NCBI RefSeq assembly: GCF_006345805.1
Contig: NW_021832412.1
Span: forward strand, 1 to 64,000
Length of the DNA stretch: 64,000 nt
Source of the DNA: Octopus sinensis
Taxonomy: Eukaryota
Reading direction: 5' to 3'
Shown: piece by piece, positions 55,984 to 64,000 of the stretch
Numbering within the stretch: position 1 is the first letter of the stretch
How the letters are laid out: every line of letters starts with the position of its first letter
The notes under the pieces: model-generated
The model's database searches: none
The model's input: the letters and a program-made list of their open reading frames with translations, nothing else
What the model was told of the DNA's origin: nothing
Made by a program: the position numbers and the translations under genes

Positions 55984-56485
55984 TCTATATATATAAAACT
56001 GTAGTTGTGTGAGTGTCTGTCCCCTTCGATTTAGATTCCTAACTACTCCCACATTTTGCGGTGCAGTTTAACCAAAACCGGATATCTTATAGTCGTGATT
56101 CATATCGAGCCCTTCTGGGTATTAGCGCGCGTCTACGATGAGTCTACGATTTTTTTTTTAATTTACCATCATTTTTTTCCATTTTAATGCATTTTTTCGC
56201 TATTATATAAGGGAAGTAACTCTCTAAAAATGTCTACGATGAGTCTACGATTTTTAAAAGAATTTACCATCATTTTTTTTCCATTTTAATGCATTTTTTC
56301 GCTATTATATAAGGGAAGTAACTCTCTAAAAATGTCTACGATGAGTCAACGATTTTTAAAAAAAATGACCATCATTTTTTTTCCATTTTTAATGCATTTT
56401 TTTGCTATTTTTGGCTATAACTCTCTAAAAATGCTTATATAGTTATTTCCCTACAAACCCGAGCAACGCCGGGCGATACTGCTAG
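55984..56485 (+). mobile_element. Non-autonomous Helitron
   Basis: A|TC 5' end (tctatatatataaaactgtag), 3' hairpin cccgagcaacgccggg, then CTAG|T, no TSD. Internal ~100-bp unit x3 (56131-56432). Confidence 0.85.
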
Positions 56486-56733
56486 TGTATATATAAATAA
56501 CAAAAGAACGGAACAAGAATGTAACAGACGACAATGAAGACATACGGACATTTATGGTTATATAGGTAATGTGGAAACGTAGGGTCTATGTGCACCTGTT
56601 CAATACTTTGTGCCTCTGCTGACATTGTGCCAGTATTCGAAACCTATATTTTGTGTGTGTTTCTCTTTCCTTCTCTCTTACTCTCTGCTTCTCCTACACT
56701 TTTTCTAAATCTCTCTCTTTTTTTAAAATTCAG

Positions 56734-56832
56734 GATGGCCGTACAGCATTACACATCGCTAGTGAAAATGGCTATACGGAAGTGTGTGACCTACTTTTGG
56801 AATATGGTGCCAATCCGAATGCAGAGACGCTG
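56734..56832 (+). CDS. ANKDD1A: ANKDD1A/B-like exon (DGRTALHIASENGYTEVCDLLLEYGANPNAETL)
   Basis: Pyrimidine tract plus cag acceptor, donor gtaaga, 99 nt, canonical ankyrin consensus. Partly visible in ORF 56653..56841. Confidence 0.93.
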
Positions 56833-56899
56833 GTAAGATAATTCATTGTTCTTTCTAGCCGGATGCTATATATTTATATGTGTTTGTGTCTGTGTGTTT

Positions 56900-57075
56900 A
56901 TAGATAGATCGTTGATAGATCATTAGCCACTACACACATTTTTTTCTCTCCTTCTTTCTCTCCTTGTTTTCTGTGTCCTTTTCTGTAGAACAGCGTAGGT
57001 TCGAAACGTAAAAGACTTTTTCTATTCCCTGGGCGTTATACTAATACATCTGTTTGTTTTTTCGTAAACTCTCCC
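56900..57075 (+). mobile_element. Penelope-like remnant with a hammerhead-like motif (CTGTAGA core)
   Basis: gtccttt-t-CTGTAGA-acagcgtaggttc-GAAA-cg-TA-aaagac at 56975-57016. Confidence 0.5.
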
Positions 57076-57112
57076 TATGTATATATATATATGTGTGTGT
57101 ATATATATATAT

Positions 57113-57157
<45 letters not shown>

Positions 57158-57557
57158 ATATATATAATTATATATGTTCTATGGCAGACATATTCTCCAG
57201 TGCTCAAAGAAAGAATCGTCAGATATAGTTAGTGATCATTCGCTTAAAACAAGCCGCCATGTTGCTTTTAAGCATGTTTTGATCTTACTGTCCAAATTAC
57301 AAAGTGCATAAGCTTATACAATAAATAATCATTGATTCTATTGAGTGACATTTCTGTATGAGTAAGTATACACACGCATACACACGTACATATGTACGTA
57401 TTTATGTATTTGTGTGTATGTATGTAATTATGTATGTAATGTATATGTATATCTATGTATTGTTTTATTGGCATGTTATTTAAAGTTGCTATCAATGCTC
57501 TGAGTTTTGTGGCGTCAGTTTATTAACGCATTGCCTGTTCGCGTCTGCTGGTTTCAG

Positions 57558-57656
57558 AAAGAAATGACACCGCTCCATCTGTCGGCAAACCATGGACATA
57601 CGGACGTCGTGGCGAAGCTACTTCACTTTGGCTGCGGAGTAAACGCTCAAAACTTT
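57558..57656 (+). CDS. ANKDD1A: ANKDD1A/B-like exon (KEMTPLHLSANHGHTDVVAKLLHFGCGVNAQNF)
   Basis: Acceptor gtttcag, donor gtgagt, 99 nt, TPLH motif. Absent from the ORF track and translated by hand. Confidence 0.92.
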
Positions 57657-57676
57657 GTGAGTATATAACGCCAGAT

Positions 57677-57693
57677 CATCGTCATCATCATCG

Positions 57694-57728
<35 letters not shown>

Positions 57729-57818
57729 GTCGTCGTCGTCATCGTCGTCGTCGTCGTCGTCGTCATCATCATCATCATCGTTATCGTCATCATCATCAAC
57801 ATCATCGTCGCCGTCGTT

Positions 57819-57854
<36 letters not shown>

Positions 57855-58030
57855 GTCATCGTTATCGTCGTCGTCGTCGTCGTCATCATCATCATCATCA
57901 TCGTCGCCGTCGTTATCATCATCAACATCATCGTCGCTGTCGTTATCATCATCATCATCATCATCATCGTTATCGTCGTCGTCGTCGTTATCATCAACAT
58001 CATGATCGCCATCACCGTCATCATCACTAC
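57677..58030. repeat. (CAT)n/(CGT)n microsatellite 20 nt after an exon donor
   Basis: Direct reading. Confidence 0.95.
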
Positions 58031-58494
58031 CGCCGTCAACATCGACTATCACAGTGGCCGTCTTTGGTATCAGATAACAATAATTAATGGAGACTTACTC
58101 TGAGAAGCTCACCTCGTGGGGATTTAAGTGAAAGCACTTAAAACCAAGTCAAAGTAACAGGTAGCGTGAATCTCCTGTCAAAATCTCGATCTACGGGCTC
58201 CGTCCGTTTTCCATTTGTTTGAATCAGTAGTTTCCAGTCAGGTAGCGTCACTGTAGCACTTTGCTGATATCGATCTTTCTGACCCCAAGCTCCGTCAACT
58301 GCGGTATTCCCTCTAGGCCCTGGTTTGCCTTCGATAGTCTTCCGTCTATATGTCAATAACTTTCTTGCCCTCACCCCAACACTATCCATTCCTAAGAGGG
58401 TGATATTTTGCTTCAATCCTCCGTATAACCTACTAGTTTTACTCCCCCGCCTCTCTCTCTCTCTTCTCTCTCTCTCTGTCTCTCTCTCTCTGTC

Positions 58495-58561
<67 letters not shown>

Positions 58562-59196
58562 CTATCTCTCGCTGTTTTTCACTTCTTCGGTTCCTCTTGA
58601 TGCACGAGAATTTACGAGGTTATTCAACTGTCATCATCTTCGTAAAGTGCTTCAACGTATAACCTAAACAACTCGAGTTCGATCTACACCGAGTCCGTGC
58701 ACAGAGACCACGTGACCATATTCCAATGACGTCATGCCAGTCTTGTCTCTTTCTGTAGAAATTTCTTTGCGCATCAAGAAAATTTTATCGCTCTTCTTTC
58801 CACAATGTGCACACTACAATTAGAATCTTTCGGGTCAATACAAATACTCTGTTTTATGATTATTGGCGATCTCTTCTGGCAAACACCCATCCTCAACTTA
58901 ACAAAAACTGCATCTCAAACACTGATCTCGTCTCTTTAGGGCCATTTCTAATAAGAATGTTCCATTCCTAAAACTCTATGAAGCTCAGGTTAGGCCTACA
59001 GTAGAACCCTAGAACCTTGCTTCGACATGTGGAAATGGTGTCACTGGTACCACTCATATAGACTACATCCAAGATCAGTTCTCAAGAAAATTACATAACC
59101 TCTGTTCTTTTGATGTAAAATTTGATGTTTTATTAACAATGAAAGAACACGTATAAAAGTATAAAAGATTACATTATCGGGAGAAAAAAAACCCAT

Positions 59197-59375
59197 AACT
59201 ATGTCACCAAGGAAACGAAGAAAAATGAGTGTGGGAATTAAACTACGTTACCAAGGAAACGAGGGGTGTGTGGGAATTAAACAATCAAGGAAACAAGAGG
59301 GGGGAAAGGTGTGGGAATTAAACTACGTCACCAAGGAAACAAAGGGGAAAGGGTGTGAGAATTAAACTACGTCAC
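59197..59375. repeat. Minisatellite, ~40-bp unit x4-5
   Basis: Conserved block gtgtgggaattaaactacgtcaccaaggaaac with variable purine-rich linkers. Confidence 0.85.
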
Positions 59376-59494
59376 ATAGAGCGTTCCGTTCCTGCTTGGG
59401 TTTCACTTTGTTCTTTTATACTGCGGTCAACTCAACCAGCTGTTCTCTTCCCTAGAATGCGTGACCATGTGCCTATGTAATAAAAAAAATGGTC

Positions 59495-59782
59495 CTCCGT
59501 TGGTTACGGCGACGAGTGTTCCAGTCGATCTGTTCAACGGAACTCTTGCTCGGGAAATTTACGTGCAAGTGGCTGAGTGTACCCTTAATGTAGTTCTCAG
59601 GGAGAATGTGAGAAAGCTGGCCCCCTTTGAATTACAGGTATGATTCATTTTTGCCAGCTAAGTGGACTGAAGCAATAAGAAATAAAGTGTCTTGCTCAGA
59701 GGCACAACGTGCCGCGGGGATCGAACTCACAACCATACGATCGTGGGCCGAATACCCTGACCACTAAGTTACGCATCTTCAC
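59495..59782 (-). mobile_element. CORE-like SINE sharing the 3' tail of family C
   Basis: Reverse complement: tRNA head, tgtgcctctgagcaagacactt, then cagccacttgcacgt...gtcgccgtaacc. Confidence 0.75.
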
Positions 59783-60209
59783 TAATGAAGATAAAAGCAA
59801 CATTATATGAAACACCTTGAAGCCTTTACATTCTGTGGCGTTGAAACATCGCGCTTCCTCTTCTCATTGGTCGACAACATGAAGAACTACGATCCTACAA
59901 ATCAGCCTGTATGCAGTCGCTTCATCTGCTAGAAAAAGCAGCTATATCCTCAGCAAACTACATCTTATCTTCTCAAAAACATTACACATAAAATATATGA
60001 TGAGCAAAGTTAAGATGGTCAGCGCTGAAATGCTTTTGACCAACGATCTCACTCTTGACGGAGGGCTAGTAAAGGTCATCTTCATAATCGCTTCTTCTAG
60101 ACCGAAACGATGAAAAACATCGTACTGCTGTCGATCTTATCGAATACAGACGCCACCAAATTGTGAGATTTCGTGTCTATGTTATACATCGTTATTACCA
60201 TTGTGTCAA

Positions 60210-60873
60210 TAGGCTGGCAGAATCTGTAGTGTGCCGGAGAAAAAGCTTACATGTATTTCTTCCGGTGAGCTGGTAGAAATGTTAGCATGCCGGGCGACAT
60301 GTTTAACGATATTTCGTCTACCGCTACGTTCTGAGTTCAAATTCCGCCGAGGTCGACTTTGCCTTTCATCCATTCGGGGTCGATAACTTAAGTACCAGTT
60401 ACGCACTGGGGTCGATATCATCGACTTAATCCATCTGTCTGTCCTTGTTTGTCCTCTCTGTATTTAGCCCCTTGTGGGTAGTTAGTAAAGAAATAGGTAT
60501 TTCTTCCGGCTCTTTGCGTTCTGAGCTCAGGTCTCACTGTGGTCGACTTTACCTGTCATCTTTTCGGGGCCAAGAAGATAAAGTATGAGTCAAGCCACGG
60601 GGCTGTTTTAATCGAGTAAACCCCTCAAAATTGTTGGTCTTGAGTCAAAACTAGAACGAATTATTTATCAGCTGGCAGAATCGTTAGCACGCAGGACGAA
60701 ATACTTAGCGGCCTTTCGTCTGTCTACAGGTTCGGAGTTCAAATCCCACCGAGGGCGACTTTGCCTTTCATCCTTTCGGAGTCGATAAATTAAGTACCAG
60801 TTGAGTACTGGGGTTGGTGTAATCCACTATCTCCCTCCCCCAAATTTCAGGCCTTGTGCCTAGAGTAGAAAGG

Positions 60874-60880
<7 letters not shown>
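60210..60880 (+). mobile_element. SINE A cluster: old host (60210-60660) with a nested young copy (60266-60496), plus a further copy (60670-60880)
   Basis: TSD gtatttcttccgg around the nested copy. Confidence 0.85.
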
Positions 60881-60904
<24 letters not shown>

Positions 60905-60984
60905 TATTATTATTATTATTAAAAGAATATATATAGATATAGATATATGTGAATGCACATACACACACACATATATATACATAC

Positions 60985-61063
<79 letters not shown>

Positions 61064-61572
61064 TATATATTGTATAGTGTGTTTCTAGTATTGATTTGGT
61101 TTGTGTTTCGGTTGTGTGTTTCGCCTAATAGGCGATTAGTGTGAACATTTGCAATACATTATCTTTTACACAAAGCGATAAAATTTCAATAAATTTATAC
61201 ATTGATTCAACAACCATCACTCGCCATCTTGCTCGTTTGTTTTTCTATTGTCTTCGTTGTTATTTTAACAAAATGAAAGAATTACTTCCAGAGCAGTGAA
61301 GCAGCTGATGTCTCCCGTTATTTGTCTCCGATGAATTGGTAGAATCATAGAGCGATGGACAAAATACCTCATGGTATTTATGTTCAAGATTTTTATGTTC
61401 TGATTTCAAATCCTAATGAGGGTAACTTCATTTTTTATCCTTTCGGGGTCTGTACGAGATTTTGTTGTTGATTTTATTAGTAACAAAATTGGCTTTACTT
61501 CTACAATACACAAAACATCTTTTTTTCAATTCTTATACAATTTTAAATAATATTTAATTATAAAAATACAAT

Positions 61573-61876
61573 GTGGAAGCGCAATGGCCCAGTGGTTAGG
61601 GCATCGGACTCGCGGTCGGAGGATCGCGGTTTCGATTCTCAGATCGGACATTGTGTGTGTTTATTGAGAGAAAGTACCTGAAGTTCCACGAGGCTCCGGC
61701 AGTGGGTGGTGGCGACCCCTGTTGTACTCTTTCGCCCCAACTTTCTGTCACTCTTTCTTCCTGTTTCTTGAGTAACGCTGCGATGGACTGGCGTCCCGTC
61801 CAGCTGGGGGGAACACATACGCCACACAAACCGGAAAACCGGGCCCATGAGCCTGGCTAGGCTTGAAAAGGGCGCA
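61573..61876 (+). mobile_element. SINE family C variant with an alternative 3' module, 12-bp TSD
   Basis: TSD taaaaatacaat (61561-72 / 61877-88). 3' part gctgcgatggactggcgtcccgtccag. Confidence 0.88.
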
Positions 61877-62228
61877 TAAAAATACAATAGCATTTTTTAA
61901 ACATCAAATGGCTATGAGGGTTCATTCGAGTAAATTAGAAACGAAAGAGGTTCATAGGTAAAAAAAAATGGTTGAGAACCACAGAACTAAACGCTCTCTT
62001 CCTTTGTGTGGTATGTTATAAGTCAATCAATTCTGTCTGTATTAATCTTTTAAGGTTGTAAAGATAACCTTAACAATTGATGTAGTAGCACTGCTAACAC
62101 AGCAGAACAAGGAACTGACTTATAAAAGGAACTACTTTGTAGTATATCAATGGTTGCATAACGAAATACCTTGTGTTTAGAAGTCATTAATCTTTTTTTT
62201 TTCCCTTCTTTGTTTACTTTATTTCCAG

Positions 62229-62327
62229 CAAGGAAACACTGCCCTACATTTGTCCGCCATGGGAAACCATGCAGATACTGCCAAAATTCTTGTACAAGCA
62301 GGGTGTGAACTAGATTTACCAAATTAC
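62229..62327 (+). CDS. ANKDD1A: ANKDD1A/B-like exon (QGNTALHLSAMGNHADTAKILVQAGCELDLPNY)
   Basis: Acceptor atttccag, donor gtaagt, 99 nt. Confidence 0.92.
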
Positions 62328-62589
62328 GTAAGTAAATTCCAGAACGATATTTGTGTGTGCGTTTTTGAGTGTATGTGTGTGTGTGTGTGTGTAAGGGCTT
62401 ATGGCCTAATGGTTATGGTGTTGCACTTACGATCGCAAGATCCTAGTTTCAATTCCTGGACTGGGTGATGTCTTGCTTTTATTTTATTCTTTTACTTATT
62501 TCAGTCATTTGACTGCCGCCATGCTGGAGCACCGTCTTTAGTCAAGCAAATCTACCCCAGAGTTTATACTTTGTAAACCTAGTACTTAC

Positions 62590-62620
<31 letters not shown>

Positions 62621-62900
62621 ATATATTCATCAACAAACAATTATTCATAATCATATAACGTTATAATTGTTTATACAAAACATTGGTCTTGTAAACCAAA
62701 ATTAAATATATTTTTTTATAACTTTATTTTTAAAGGTCCCAAGTGAATCGAACACTTACAAAAGGTTTTCATAACCTTTTAAACCTCCAGTTTAAAGCTA
62801 CTTTTCTCCTTCTCTTCTCCCCACAACTCTCATATGCCCTACACCGAGTCATAGGTACTGCCTGCCTTCCAGTTTAAAACAAATTTTAATCCCTTCTACC

Positions 62901-63133
62901 TATTTCTTCACTACCCACAAGGGACCAAACACAGAGGTGACAAACAAGGACAGACAAACGGATTAAGTCGATTATATCGACCCCAGTGCGTAACTGGTAC
63001 TTATTTAATCGACCCCGAAAGGATGAAAGGCAAAGTCGACCTCGGCAGAATTTGAACTCAGAACGTAACGGCAGACGAAATACCGCAAAGCATTTCCTCC
63101 GGCGTGCTTACGTTTCTGCCAGCTCGCCGCCTT
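62901..63133 (-). mobile_element. SINE family A (young) with TSD aatcccttctacc
   Basis: Full-length, intronic, between the last two exons. Confidence 0.92.
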
Positions 63134-63250
63134 AAATCCCTTCTACCTGTAGATCGTCGTATCTAGTTTCTGTATTTCTTTAATGTTACGGTAAATTCCT
63201 TTGCAACACTGAAATAAAACGAGTCTTTTGTTTTTCTTATTTATTTGCAG

Positions 63251-63349
63251 AGGTTGCAGACCCCACTTCATGCTGCTGTAGAAAGTGGATTAACAGAAGT
63301 TGTAGAAGTCCTGTTGGCCGGTGGGGCCAGTCTGGACGCCAGAGAAAAG
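63251..63349 (+). CDS. ANKDD1A: ANKDD1A/B-like exon (RLQTPLHAAVESGLTEVVEVLLAGGASLDAREK)
   Basis: Acceptor ttatttgcag, donor gtcaga, 99 nt. Corresponds to the human RQQTPLHLAAEH repeat (recalled). The gene continues beyond the window. Confidence 0.92.
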
Positions 63350-64000
63350 GTCAGAGAAGTAGCCTTTAACTATCAGAGTTATGTTTCACCATCAGTTCAA
63401 TATATACCTTCTCTTCGAAACAACAAACTATCTTCTATACTTAGGTGTATGTATGTATGTATGTATGTATGTATGTATGCATGCACATGTGTATGTATGG
63501 ATGTATGTATGGATGTATGCATGTATGTATGTATGTATGTATGTCTATCTATCTGTCTGTATGTATGTATGTTTGTATGTATGCATGTATGTATGTAGTG
63601 TACATGTAGCTGAACAAAGAAACGTTAACCTGTGTGACTGTCTGTCTGTCTATAAGTCTGTATGTATGTATGTTTGTATGTATGCATGTATGTATGTAGT
63701 GTACATGTAGCTGAACAAAGAAAAGTTAACCTTTTCCTAGTACTTGCGGTTGGAATGTGAGGTAAAGACAGTATGATTGCATTCTTGTTTCTGTTGTAGG
63801 ATGCAATATTTTAAGCGATATTTTAACAGAAGTAGCTAACCTAGATGTTATGGGTATCAAATAGCTTATGTTACCAATAGGCTCTTGAGAAAAACTATCA
63901 AATTAGGAACAGCAAGATTCCAACTGTTTTAAAGGAATAGTTATATTAAAAATACTATTGCAACAGATTTCTATTTACTTTCTTACACAGGGTTTGGAGG

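Noticed and set aside
59197-59375. CRISPR-like look: conserved ~32-bp blocks with variable spacers
   Set aside because: Spacers are only 7-14 nt, purine-rich and related to each other. Eukaryotic context with no cas genes, so this is a minisatellite.
61573-61650. tRNA-like sequence with A and B boxes
   Set aside because: SINE head continuing into a repeat body with a TSD. No proper acceptor stem, so not a tRNA gene.
63970-64000. Acceptor-like ttcttacacag at the window end
   Set aside because: Only 10 nt follow, and they do not match the expected next ankyrin repeat, so it cannot be assessed.

Overview
Eukaryotic, AT-rich, microsatellite-saturated genomic DNA. The SINE families and repeat landscape suggest an octopus (inference). 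Nearly all ORFs in the supplied track are microsatellite or SINE artefacts. The only host gene I can support is a + strand ankyrin-repeat gene: six 99-nt phase-0 exons (41299-63349) that match, in order, consecutive repeats of human ANKDD1A as I recall it. Its 5' and 3' exons were not found in the window. The rest is tRNA-derived SINEs (at least three families, often nested and with TSDs), decayed R4/Dong-type restriction-like-endonuclease (RLE) LINEs, a non-autonomous Helitron, a mariner 5' remnant and a hAT-like MITE. The most notable hidden layer is a set of minimal type I hammerhead-ribozyme motifs and fold-back inserts of Penelope/retrozyme type. The best example is a young 361-bp-period element at 40503-41193 whose hammerhead carries a U3-A8 compensatory core. 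All motifs were read by eye, and no searches were run.
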